The position numbers and the translations under genes are program-made. Positions 8,464 to 17,025 of a stretch of DNA of 53,957 nt are shown piece after piece. Within the stretch, counting starts at the first letter, position 1; each line of letters opens with the position of its first letter. The notes under the pieces were generated by a model. That model had not been told where the DNA came from. It made no database searches and saw only the letters and a list, made by a program, of their open reading frames with translations. The DNA comes from Candidatus Binatia bacterium (lineage in GTDB: Bacteria > Desulfobacterota > Binatia > UBA9968), in NCBI GenBank assembly GCA_035762645.1, contig DASTOD010000023.1, positions 1 to 53,957 of the forward strand, in the 5' to 3' direction.

Positions 8464-9843
8464 GTGAAGTTTTGGTGGGGCATTCCTGCGCTTCGGCCGG
8501 CTGCGGAGCTTGATCTGCGATCACCCCCAATCGAGAAAGAAGCACCCGACCGAGCGCCCCGCGAGGCCACTGAGGAAGCGGCTTCATGGCCGTCGCGGGG
8601 TCCCTTCCAGACGCTGTTCCGGCTCAGCGCTTTCGCGGCGCTCAGCCACCGCGAATACCGCCTGATCTGGTTTGGCCAAATCTTTGCGTCGATGGGAACC
8701 TGGATGGATCAGGTCACCCGGGGCTGGCTCATCTATGAGCTCACGAACTCTGCGCTGCAGCTTGGCCTGGTGCGGGGCGTTCAAGCGATACCGTTTTTAT
8801 TATTATCTCCGGTGGCGGGCAGCGCCGCCGATCGCTATTCGCGCAAAACGCAGGTGTTGCTTGCCCAACTAGCGACCGGGTTGTTGTACGCCGCGACCGC
8901 CCTGCTGATTTTTACCGGCCGGATTCAGCCGTGGCATGTCTATGTCGCTGCCTTTTTGCTGGCGATGGTTCAGGTCTTTCTTCAGCCGGCGCGCGCCGCG
9001 ATGATTTCCGACGCCGTGCCGGCCGGCAACTTGACCAATGCCATCGGTTTAAACGCAGTCATCTTTAACGTCGCGCGAAGCACCGGCCCCGCGCTTGCAG
9101 GCATGCTCATCGCGATCTCCAGCACGGGCGGAGCCTACGTCGTGCAGGCTGTCTTTTTTTTCTTGGCAACCGTCTGGACGGTGCAGCTTCGCTCTGCTCG
9201 GCCCGCTTTCGGCCGCTCTCACGGTCCGGCGACGGATCGTGAATCGTTCGGCCAGAGTATTCTCGAAGGTTGGAAATTCAGCTGGCGGAACGAGGTCGTT
9301 CGCACCGCGCTTCTCATTGTGATGTTCGCCTCGCTGTTCATCGTGCCATTCACAACGCTCCTGCCGATCTTTGCGCGAGACATCCTCGATGTCGGCGCGA
9401 CGGGCCAGGGACTGCTCCTAACGGCGATGGGCGCGGGAGCTCTGTGCAGTTCCGTTCTGATTGCGTCGATGGGCGACCGGCTGCCGCGAGGGATGCTGAT
9501 GCTCGGTGGCGTGATGTGCTATGGGCTGATCAACGTGCTGTTTGCGGCATCGCCCTGGTTTGGCGTTTCGATGGTGCTGATGGGCATCGTGGGGGTTTGC
9601 CATGTCCACTCTCACGCGCTGGTGCAAACCGTAATCCAATCTCACTCTCCTGCCGAATTCCGCGGGCGGGCAATCGCCATCTTTCATATGAGTCAGGTCG
9701 TCCTGACCGTGGGCGCCATGCTGGTTGGCGCGCTATCGTCGGCAATCGGCGCGCCGGCCGCCGTGGCTTCAATGGGCGCTGTAGGCGCGTTCACGATGGT
9801 GGGGATCTATATCGCGCTGCCGCGCGCGCGGCTCATCCGATAG
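8464..9843 (+). CDS. MFS transporter (paralogue of 12605..13855)
   Basis: About 12 TM helices. The conserved N-terminal block is HREYRLIWFGQIFASMGTWMDQVTRGWLIYELTNSALQLGLVRGVQAIPFLLLSPVAGSAADRYSRK. GTG 8464 is the only canonical in-frame start, so there is a roughly 45-aa N-terminal extension relative to the paralogue. Confidence 0.85.
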   Translation: MKFWWGIPALRPAAELDLRSPPIEKEAPDRAPREATEEAASWPSRGPFQTLFRLSAFAALSHREYRLIWFGQIFASMGTWMDQVTRGWLIYELTNSALQLGLVRGVQAIPFLLLSPVAGSAADRYSRKTQVLLAQLATGLLYAATALLIFTGRIQPWHVYVAAFLLAMVQVFLQPARAAMISDAVPAGNLTNAIGLNAVIFNVARSTGPALAGMLIAISSTGGAYVVQAVFFFLATVWTVQLRSARPAFGRSHGPATDRESFGQSILEGWKFSWRNEVVRTALLIVMFASLFIVPFTTLLPIFARDILDVGATGQGLLLTAMGAGALCSSVLIASMGDRLPRGMLMLGGVMCYGLINVLFAASPWFGVSMVLMGIVGVCHVHSHALVQTVIQSHSPAEFRGRAIAIFHMSQVVLTVGAMLVGALSSAIGAPAAVASMGAVGAFTMVGIYIALPRARLIR

Positions 9844-9922
9844 CGGGAGGAGCAACCAGGACTGAGTAATGAGGACTGAGCTATGACTCAGGAAGCGGCT
9901 GGGCGCTTAATCCTAGCAGCAG

Positions 9923-10501
9923 CTAGAGCGGTTCTTGTTGCAGCAGGCGAAGAACTTTTTTCCACAGTTTGCTGCCACCGATCGGGTGTCTTATCTTTTC
10001 TTCCAGTCGTGCAATGATCAAGCTCTTTTGATGAAGTTGCGCGGTTAGTTTTTCACATTCCGCAGACAGTCGAACGACCAACTTCCCGATGGCCTTTTCC
10101 CTCGAGGCGGCGGCTTCGATCACGCCTGCTTTTTCCTTTAGTTCTGTCTCGCGGCTTGCCAACTTGGCTTCGGCATTCTGCAGCCGTAATTGGAGAGTTT
10201 GGAACTTTACCCGGAAATTTCCCGCGAGCTGATTCAGAGCAGCCTCTCTGGCCGCAACGGATTCCTCACGCTCAGCCATCTCGAGCCTGAGCCTGCTGAG
10301 CTCGGCTCTCAGCTCCCTCAATTGGCGCGCTGGAGATTCCGCTTGCTGCGCTGCAGGTGCCGCTTCGTTTAGAATGCTGACAAGAGAATCGCTTTCCCGT
10401 CTTCGGGCAAGGCCTTGGTTGGGCGTCCCACGAAGTCCGGAATCAGCTCCATTCTCGCTTTCACGTTCCACCATCCGACGCCGGACGGGTTCCTCGCTCA
10501 T
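9923..10501 (-). CDS. Hypothetical coiled-coil protein
   Basis: A 192-aa ORF with a long heptad-like, E/R/L/A-rich stretch (LRELRAELSRLRLEMAEREESVAAREAALNQL...LQLRLQNAEAKLASRETELKEKAG). I recognise no catalytic motif. Confidence 0.5.
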   Translation of the reverse strand: MSEEPVRRRMVERESENGADSGLRGTPNQGLARRRESDSLVSILNEAAPAAQQAESPARQLRELRAELSRLRLEMAEREESVAAREAALNQLAGNFRVKFQTLQLRLQNAEAKLASRETELKEKAGVIEAAASREKAIGKLVVRLSAECEKLTAQLHQKSLIIARLEEKIRHPIGGSKLWKKVLRLLQQEPL

Positions 10502-10886
10502 GGTTCAACCTCCGTGCTTCATTCTAGACCGGAGCCCGCACGGGTCCCGCGGTATAGCGGAGCAACTCCTATACCAGCCAAACATCTGTCCCGGAGTTCG
10601 ATAACCTATTGAAACTATGGAGGTGTAACCTGTGATTTAGGTTGGGGTGGCGGGTAATCCCCTGACAGTGATGAACAATGGGGGACAATGTTGGCCGCTT
10701 GGAACCGACGGTTTCGGTTGAACTGCGGGTTCATCCACCCATGATCAGCAAAACACTGCGAGTTCCCAAGTTATCAAGCAGAATAGACAATGGCTCTGCC
10801 GATTCCGTACCGGACGAATTGACGGCGGGGCGGCCGGTTTCCCTATTTCGGGCGTTTCGCCTATAAATGTGCGTGAGGAGGCTACT

Positions 10887-11543
10887 ATGGCTAAGCAGCG
10901 CATCAGTTACGTGGATCCACAAACTATTACCAATCCCGCTATGCTCGAAGAGCTCGATCGGTGCCGGCGCGAGGGCACGCCGCGGCCGGAGAGTTCCGCA
11001 ATCCGCGCGCACGTGCCGGCTTGCTTCTGGTCGTTCGCCAATTCGTGGCGCGACATTTTCAAAAATGGCGTGTGCGATCACAGCATAAAAGAGCTCTGCC
11101 GGGTCTATGTTTCACGGTCGATCCGCTGCGAGTACTGCGGCAACCAGAGATCATTGAAGGCCGCCAAGGCGGGACTCGAAGAAGCGCAATACGACGATCT
11201 CCTCAATTTCGAGGCATCCAATCGCTACGATGAAAAGCAAAAGGCCGCCCTCGCCTACGCCGAAGCGATCACCTGGCGGCTTGAAACCGATGACGCGTTC
11301 TGGGAGCGACTGTACAAACATTTTTCCGAGCCCGAGCTGGTCGAGCTGGGATGCTTCATCGCGTTGACCATGGGCCAGCAGAGCTGGCTTCGCCTGCTAA
11401 ATATCGAACACCATCAATTGCTGGCTGGGACTTCGGCGGGAATGGCGCCCGGCTTTGAAACTGCCGAGGCTTTGGCCGAATCAAAAGCGGCCGCAGAATA
11501 CTGGGCAAAGCCAAAGGAATCCTCGGTCATTGCGAAGAGTTAG
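10887..11543 (+). CDS. Carboxymuconolactone decarboxylase (AhpD-like) family protein
   Basis: The AhpD-like core with CxxC is ELCRVYVSRSIRCEYCGNQR...KQKAALAYAEAITW. ATG 10887 is preceded by GAGGAGG, whereas the track start GTG 10869 lies upstream of that SD. Confidence 0.75.
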   Translation: MAKQRISYVDPQTITNPAMLEELDRCRREGTPRPESSAIRAHVPACFWSFANSWRDIFKNGVCDHSIKELCRVYVSRSIRCEYCGNQRSLKAAKAGLEEAQYDDLLNFEASNRYDEKQKAALAYAEAITWRLETDDAFWERLYKHFSEPELVELGCFIALTMGQQSWLRLLNIEHHQLLAGTSAGMAPGFETAEALAESKAAAEYWAKPKESSVIAKS

Positions 11544-11631
11544 GCAGCAGCGGACCAGCCTATCGGCGGTCAACAAGAACATGTGCAATTCAGCCATAAC
11601 CCGCCTCCGGTGCGCGGCTCACTCCTGGCAA

Positions 11632-12501
11632 TCAAGGTTTTGAGTAGTAGTTAGCGTAAAAATAATCGGCGATCTCAGCGCCCGTGGCTTTCCAGACTCC
11701 TTCGTGCGCGCAGATATACTCCAGGGCCTGGTCGAGATATTTAATGCGAAACGCCAGGCCGATAACGAACGGATGCAACGGAAGGGTCATCACGCGTCCC
11801 TGCGTCGCGCCCTCGGCATAGAGTGTGTCGAACTGATCGCAAACCATTTGCAGCCAATCCTTCGGTGTGTGGCCTCCCTGAAACATCACCCGGATGTCGT
11901 TGAGTCCCTGCTGGTACGGAATCCCGATCATGCGCCCGGCTTTGACGCGCATCGCGACGGGTTGATCGTCACAACCCCAGTCGCAGACATAGTCGAAACC
12001 CTCCGCGGCGAGATGATCCAAAGTATTGGGACTCTCGTCGCCACCGCCGGGGCCGAGCCAACCGCGGGGTCGGCGGCCGGTCGCCGCCGCAATCGCTTCT
12101 CTAATCTGTCCGATGACCGCGCGTTCTTCCTCCAACGGATATTCATTCATTCGAATGTTATTGGTTACGCCGTGGCCGAGCCACTCCCATCGGCGTTGGT
12201 TGCCTTCTTCTATGATGGCCGTATGATGGGCACAGACATCGGCGTTCAGCAGCACCGTCGCCCGTATCGCATGCTTGTCCAACACGTCCATCATGCGAAA
12301 AACGCCAATCCGCGATCCGTAATCTCTCAGCGCGTAACCTGTCACGTCCGGCAACTGAGAACTCGGAGCGCCCGGAATCACTTTGTCAATATGAAAAAGC
12401 TCGATGTTCGGCGCCACCATCAAGGCGACCTTCGCGTTATTGGGCCACTTCAGTTGCCTGCGCCGGATAATCGGTGAGTAGTCGTAACGATCGGTTTGCA
12501 T
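11632..12501 (-). CDS. Polysaccharide deacetylase (CE4/PuuE-like) family protein
   Basis: The pattern is YDYSPIIRRRQLKWPNNAKVALMV...RDYGSRIGVFRMMDVLDKHAIRATVLLNADVCAHHTAIIEEGNQRRWEWLGHG. A second copy of the family lies at 35999..36943. Confidence 0.75.
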   Translation of the reverse strand: MQTDRYDYSPIIRRRQLKWPNNAKVALMVAPNIELFHIDKVIPGAPSSQLPDVTGYALRDYGSRIGVFRMMDVLDKHAIRATVLLNADVCAHHTAIIEEGNQRRWEWLGHGVTNNIRMNEYPLEEERAVIGQIREAIAAATGRRPRGWLGPGGGDESPNTLDHLAAEGFDYVCDWGCDDQPVAMRVKAGRMIGIPYQQGLNDIRVMFQGGHTPKDWLQMVCDQFDTLYAEGATQGRVMTLPLHPFVIGLAFRIKYLDQALEYICAHEGVWKATGAEIADYFYANYYSKP

Positions 12502-12604
12502 TGGCGGTTCCCTGGCGAAACGCGTGAGAGGAAGCTATGACAGGGCAGTAGCGGCCGTCAAGGGTTAAGAGTATCGCTGCGATTGGACAATTTGTTTGAC
12601 AACG

Positions 12605-13855
12605 ATGAATCGACTGCTCACCGCCTTCCTGCGACTTCGCGCCTTTGAGGTGCTTGGCCATCGTGAGTTTCGTTTGCTCTGGCTCGGCCATTCATTCACG
12701 TCGATGGCCTTCTGGATGGATCAAGTATCCCGCGGCTGGTTGATTTATGAGCTGACCGATTCGGCGCTTCAGCTCGGCTTAATTCGAGGAGTTCAGGCGA
12801 TCCCGACTTTGCTGTTGTCGCCAGTAGCCGGCAGCGCTGCCGATCGCTATTCCCGCAAGATGCAGATACTCGTTGCCCAGATCATTGACGGTTTGATGCT
12901 GGCGGCGCTGGCCCTGCTCATTATGATGGACCATGTCGAGCCCTGGCATGTCTACGCGACCGCTTTCGGTATGGCAGTCGTCCAAACCTTTCAGCAGCCG
13001 GCCCGCGCGGCGATGATTGCCGATGTCCTGCCACGGAGCCACCTGACCAACGCCATCGGTCTCAATTCGATTATCTTTAACGTGGCGCGAAGCACCGGTC
13101 CTGCCGTCGCGGGGATACTCATAGGGACGTTCGGCACCGCCGGCTCCTTTGCAATGCAGGCTCTGTTCTATCTTTTGGCGACAGTTTGGACCGTGCAGCT
13201 GCGCCCGGCCGAGGGCTCCTCTGTGACGGCCGGCGGTCATTTCGCCGGCGGGGCTTCTTTCGCCCGGAGCATTATCGAAGGGTGGAAGTTCAGTTGGAAT
13301 AACGAGACGGTTCGCACCGCGCTGTTGGTGGTCATGGTTGCCTCATTGTTCATCGTCCCGTTCACAACTCTATTGCCGGTATTTGCCCGCGACATCCTCG
13401 CGGTGGGAGCGACAGGGCAGGGGCTTCTCCTCACGGCGATGGGCGTCGGCGCCTTGGGCAGCGCTGTCATCATCGCGTTTTTCGGCGACAGACTGCCGAG
13501 GGGAATTTTCATGTTGGGAGGCGTCGCCCTGTACGGGGTGAGTGTAACGGCTTTCTCGGCCTCGTCATGGTTTCAACTCTCCCTGGCGCTGATGGTGGTC
13601 GTCGGTTTTGCCAACGTCTGTTCCCACGCGCTCGTCCAGACCGTAATTCAAACCTACTCGCCTTCTGAATTTCGCGGGCGAACGATGTCCATCTTTCACA
13701 TGAGCAATGTCGTACTGACGGTGGGAAGCATGTTTATCGGCGCGCTGGCCACGCTCTGGGGTTCCCGGTGGGCCGTGGCTTTAATGGGCACGGCCGGCGC
13801 CTTGGCCATGCTCGCTATCCATGTGATGCTCCCGCGGGCCCGGGATATCCGTTAG
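12605..13855 (+). CDS. MFS transporter (paralogue of 8464..9843)
   Basis: It contains HREFRLLWLGHSFTSMAFWMDQVSRGWLIYELTDSALQLGLIRGVQAIPTLLLSPVAGSAADRYSRK and aligns with the first copy along the whole length. I preferred ATG 12605 over the track's TTG at 12596. Confidence 0.85.
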   Translation: MNRLLTAFLRLRAFEVLGHREFRLLWLGHSFTSMAFWMDQVSRGWLIYELTDSALQLGLIRGVQAIPTLLLSPVAGSAADRYSRKMQILVAQIIDGLMLAALALLIMMDHVEPWHVYATAFGMAVVQTFQQPARAAMIADVLPRSHLTNAIGLNSIIFNVARSTGPAVAGILIGTFGTAGSFAMQALFYLLATVWTVQLRPAEGSSVTAGGHFAGGASFARSIIEGWKFSWNNETVRTALLVVMVASLFIVPFTTLLPVFARDILAVGATGQGLLLTAMGVGALGSAVIIAFFGDRLPRGIFMLGGVALYGVSVTAFSASSWFQLSLALMVVVGFANVCSHALVQTVIQTYSPSEFRGRTMSIFHMSNVVLTVGSMFIGALATLWGSRWAVALMGTAGALAMLAIHVMLPRARDIR

Positions 13856-13946
13856 GATCATTGACCGCCTCTCCGACTCCCGCCCCTGTTCGGCAATGTG
13901 AACGCCGCGGCTAAGGCGGCTCCAACCGACCGATTTTCAACTCCCA

Positions 13947-13974
13947 TTGTGCCGGAGCGAAGTTTTGATATGAT
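13947..13974 (+). promoter_or_regulatory. Putative sigma70 promoter with extended -10
   Basis: The arrangement is TTGTGC (13947-52), N16, then TGaTATGAT (13966-74), about 24 nt upstream of the GTG start at 13998, which itself has a GGAGG SD. Confidence 0.35.
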
Positions 13975-13997
13975 CTGGCGCATCAGGAGGTACTCAC

Positions 13998-14558
13998 GTG
14001 AGACTACTACATGCCGGAACTACAGCTTTACTGTTGGTTTGCCTTAATGGCACCGCCTGGACGGGCGAGCCCATACCTTTCGTGCCGACTCATATGGCGG
14101 TCGTCGATCGAATGCTCGAGATGGCCGAAGTTAAGAAGAACGATGTGCTGTACGATCTCGGCTGCGGAGATGGACGCATTTTGATTCGGGCGGCGAAGAA
14201 ATACGGCACACGCGGCGTCGGCATCGACCTCGATCCGCAACGAGTCGAGGAGGCGACCCAGAAGGCGAAAGAGGAGGGCGTGAGCCATCTCCTTCAATTC
14301 CGCGCGGAAGACGGCACCAAGACGGATATCTCCAATGCCACGGTTGTCATGCTCTACATGTTCAAATGGTTCAACAACGCGATTCGGCCCAAGTTGCAGA
14401 AACTAAAACCCGGATCGCGCATCGTCGCTCATGACTACGATATCGACGACTGGCAACCGACCCTGGTCGTAAACCTGGAGCCGGGCAAGATCGAAGGGAT
14501 CGACAGGCAGCACACGCTTTACTTGTGGAGAGTTGGGACTGATTTAGCCCAGCCGTAA
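13998..14558 (+). CDS. Class I SAM-dependent methyltransferase with hydrophobic N-terminal signal/anchor
   Basis: SAM motif I is VLYDLGCGDGRILIRAA, followed by GVGIDLD. The N-terminus MRLLHAGTTALLLVCLNGTAWTG looks like a signal peptide or anchor. A GGAGG site precedes the GTG. Confidence 0.75.
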   Translation: MRLLHAGTTALLLVCLNGTAWTGEPIPFVPTHMAVVDRMLEMAEVKKNDVLYDLGCGDGRILIRAAKKYGTRGVGIDLDPQRVEEATQKAKEEGVSHLLQFRAEDGTKTDISNATVVMLYMFKWFNNAIRPKLQKLKPGSRIVAHDYDIDDWQPTLVVNLEPGKIEGIDRQHTLYLWRVGTDLAQP

Positions 14559-14781
14559 CAGAACGGTCGGGCCTGCCCCTCCAGGCGGCGCGAACTCCCG
14601 TGTGGATCCGTGATCTCCTGCCGCGGATAAAGAGACCTGTCGGTTGGTGGCATTGTACCGTCGTGTCGCCCACGGTCTGCGGTACAATTTCGTGCAGGCG
14701 AGGCGATTTCTACCGCGAGCCAGCGGTTTGCTTGCTACCTATTTTTTCCGCGTAAAGTCCCTGATTAGCCATTATACGATT

Positions 14782-14797
14782 TGGCATAGGCATTGCT
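14782..14797 (+). promoter_or_regulatory. Putative sigma54 (-24/-12) promoter
   Basis: The sequence TGGCATAGGCATTGCT has GG (14783-84) and GC (14795-96) separated by exactly 10 nt. It matches TGGCAC-N5-TTGCW closely and lies about 80 nt upstream of the ATG at 14877. Confidence 0.4.
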
Positions 14798-14814
14798 GCC
14801 TAGGCATTGCTCCT
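14787..14814 (+). repeat. 14-bp direct tandem repeat (2 copies) overlapping the sigma54-like site
   Basis: taggcattgctgcc (14787-14800) is followed directly by taggcattgctcct (14801-14814). Confidence 0.8.
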
Positions 14815-14876
14815 GTAGATGCGCTTGTGGAAAAGCCGTTTGATAAGCGCTGACGAGACTTAACGGAACAAACAGA

Positions 14877-15212
14877 ATGAGACAGCCGCTCTCAATCCAA
14901 ATATTGGCCGCCACTTTGGCTGCCGTTGTCTTTGCCGGTTGTTCCGGTGGCTCGCTGACCACCAGGGAGAAAGCGGCGGGGATCGGCGCGCTGGGCGGCG
15001 CTGCTGCCGGCGGAATCATCGGCGCAACCGTAGGCCATCCGGGCGCGGGCGCGGCGATCGGTGGTGCCGTGGGATTGGGCGCGGGAGCCCTTGTTGGAGA
15101 CTATATGCAAGGGCAAGAGCAATCGAACGATCAGCAGATTCAGCAGAACCAGCGCGTCATCGAACGCAATCGCCAGGAGACTCAAAGGCTGCGACAACAA
15201 CAAGAGTATTAG
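14877..15212 (+). CDS. Glycine-zipper lipoprotein
   Basis: The lipobox is VVFAGC. The Gly-zipper is GIGALGGAAAGGIIGATVGHPGAGAAIGGAVGLGAGALVG. The tail is Q-rich and coiled-coil-like. Confidence 0.8.
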   Translation: MRQPLSIQILAATLAAVVFAGCSGGSLTTREKAAGIGALGGAAAGGIIGATVGHPGAGAAIGGAVGLGAGALVGDYMQGQEQSNDQQIQQNQRVIERNRQETQRLRQQQEY

Positions 15213-15359
15213 GATGCCAGCGTCCGAAAATGACGGTTTATCACGCACGAGCCGATGGAGCTACCCGCTGTCTTTAAATACCTCCAGCCTGGACGTGATC
15301 TCGAGACGTCGAATGGGCGTAGCGGAAACGGGAGCCTCAGGCTCGTGTGTGATTAGAGG

Positions 15360-15745
15360 AAAGATTAGGGAAAGCCGGGCCGCTCCTCAACCCGGCGCAA
15401 TGGGTCTCTGCCTCTCTTATCCAATCGCACCGAGTCTCCTGAGATCTCTTTCATCGTCAGTAGCCGTGAAGTAGGCGTACCCTGAATTTTCAAGCGCCCG
15501 ATCACGGTGGCTAAGTCGCCACGTCCCTGGTCTTTGACAGCGTAGCGTCTCGGTGCGCCGGCTTTCGTATCGACCTGGCTTTCCCCTGTTAGTAGGCAGG
15601 CCGACGGGAGCAAGCCCTGGAAGCCGCGGGTCATAGAGACGTGGAGGTTGAGTTCAGGCCCCGCGCGCGGGAACAGCCACCATTGGAGTGGATCGGGCGG
15701 GTCCTACAAGGCACAGGCTTATTGACCGCGGCTGGAAAGGCTTGC
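15360..15745. other. Long noncoding convergent spacer with long-range helices (candidate structured RNA, class and strand unknown)
   Basis: Helix A pairs gggaaagccgggc (15368-80) with cctggctttcccc (15574-86). Helix B pairs aagcc-ctgga-agccgcgggtc (15612-32) with gaccgcggct-ggaaa-ggctt (15724-43), giving 5+10 bp around a 5x5 internal loop. There are also local hairpins (ccac..gtgg, cccgcgcgcggg). I cannot support any convincing protein-coding ORF here. Confidence 0.25.
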
Positions 15746-15771
15746 CTCGTATTTGTGCTTCCGTGAAGAAT

Positions 15772-17025
15772 CTAGCGGGCCTCCGCGGGATCCTCCGCCA
15801 TCGCCGGCGACTCTCGCTCCACCTCTCGAATGGCAAGAACCGCGAAGTTGGCGATAAGAACCGTGCCGGCGAGAAAATAAAAAGCCGTCAGAATTCCCCA
15901 GCGGTCGGCGATGAAGCCGCATATCACCGGCGACAGCGAGCTCAACAGCGACTGTGAGCCGGAAAAGAAGCTCACCATGCTCCCGCCCAACTCCTTGGGG
16001 CCGAGGTCCAGTACCCAAGCCCATATTACAGGCCTGACGGCGTAGAGAAAAAATCCCAGAAAGGCGAGCGCCGTGATAAACAACCAGGGCATCTGAAAGA
16101 AGGCGATAACGAACAGAACGACGCTCGTCGAAAATAACCCTGCCGTTAACACCCGCTTGCGGCCGCTCCGATCGGAAATAGTACCGGCAATCGGTGTCCC
16201 GATCATACCGGCGGTCTGGGTCACAGAGAGATAAAGGCCGGCCAGAGCGCTGGACAGTCCGAGGTCATGAGTCAGATAAATGGGGAGAAACGTATGCAAC
16301 CCTTGCTGGGTCATCGAGCGCATGCCGGCCACGAAGACAAGCAGCAAAATACTTGGACTTCGCGCCATCCGCTTCATGCCGGCGAGATACTCCGCAAACG
16401 AAAGGCCTTTTTTGGAGGCGGCCCGTTTTTCCAGTTTGCCGAAGAGAAACTTCCAGAGAATGAAGGCGATGACGATTCCGGGAACAAGGTTAACGAACAG
16501 AACGCTGCGCCAAGACAAAAAAAGTAGCAGGACACCTACCAACAGCGGGGCCACGCTCTCACCGATATTAGGGCCGATTGCGTGAATGGCGATCGCAAAG
16601 CCACGCTTCTCGGGGTATTTTTCAGACAGCGTCGAGATCGCCGCCGGATGCCAAAGGTAATTACCCACACCCACGAACGCCATGAACAGAGCCACCCAGA
16701 AAAAGCTGTGACTGAGGCCGACCAAAAAGTAGGGCACGCCGGTGGCCACAAGCGCCAGCGCCATCAGCAGCGCTTTTTTGCCGATTAAATCGACCAGGAT
16801 CCCCGAGGGGATATTGACCGCAAGATTTACCACCGCTCTAATCGTGACCAAGAAACCTGCCTGGCTGTAAGTGAGACCGAGCTCTTGGACGAGGTAAGGT
16901 AAGAGAAGATAAAAGGTCGCCGGGCACCAGTGCGTGAAGGTATGGCCAAGGGCGATCAGCCATAGCAGGGAGTCCGTCTCGCGTGCGAGTCTCAGCTGGT
17001 TCGCCAGCTTCTCTACCATCAACAT
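15772..17025 (-). CDS. MFS transporter
   Basis: A 417-aa protein with about 12 TM helices. MFS loop motifs are present (LVDLIGKKALLM; SDRSGRKRVL). Confidence 0.85.
   Translation of the reverse strand: MLMVEKLANQLRLARETDSLLWLIALGHTFTHWCPATFYLLLPYLVQELGLTYSQAGFLVTIRAVVNLAVNIPSGILVDLIGKKALLMALALVATGVPYFLVGLSHSFFWVALFMAFVGVGNYLWHPAAISTLSEKYPEKRGFAIAIHAIGPNIGESVAPLLVGVLLLFLSWRSVLFVNLVPGIVIAFILWKFLFGKLEKRAASKKGLSFAEYLAGMKRMARSPSILLLVFVAGMRSMTQQGLHTFLPIYLTHDLGLSSALAGLYLSVTQTAGMIGTPIAGTISDRSGRKRVLTAGLFSTSVVLFVIAFFQMPWLFITALAFLGFFLYAVRPVIWAWVLDLGPKELGGSMVSFFSGSQSLLSSLSPVICGFIADRWGILTAFYFLAGTVLIANFAVLAIREVERESPAMAEDPAEAR

Noticed and set aside
15368-15590. tmRNA-like 5' end on the minus strand (GGGGAAAGCCAGGUCGAUACG...), pairing with GGCUUUCCC about 200 nt downstream.
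   Set aside because: There is no tRNA-like T-arm (GGUUCGAnUCC). There is no G3:U70 pair. There is no tag reading frame ending in ..AA-stop. The length is too short for a one-piece tmRNA.
15340-15745. Possible RNase P RNA on the plus strand. GGGAAAGCCGGGC, GGAGCAAGCCC and ACAGGCUUAUUGACC occur in the order of the conserved CR-I, P11-region and CR-V blocks.
   Set aside because: The near-invariant GGAAAGUCCGG with its bulged U is absent. No GGUGAAA- or GUAAAC-type S-domain blocks are present. P1/P2 pairings could not be drawn. I kept it only as an unclassified structured-RNA candidate.
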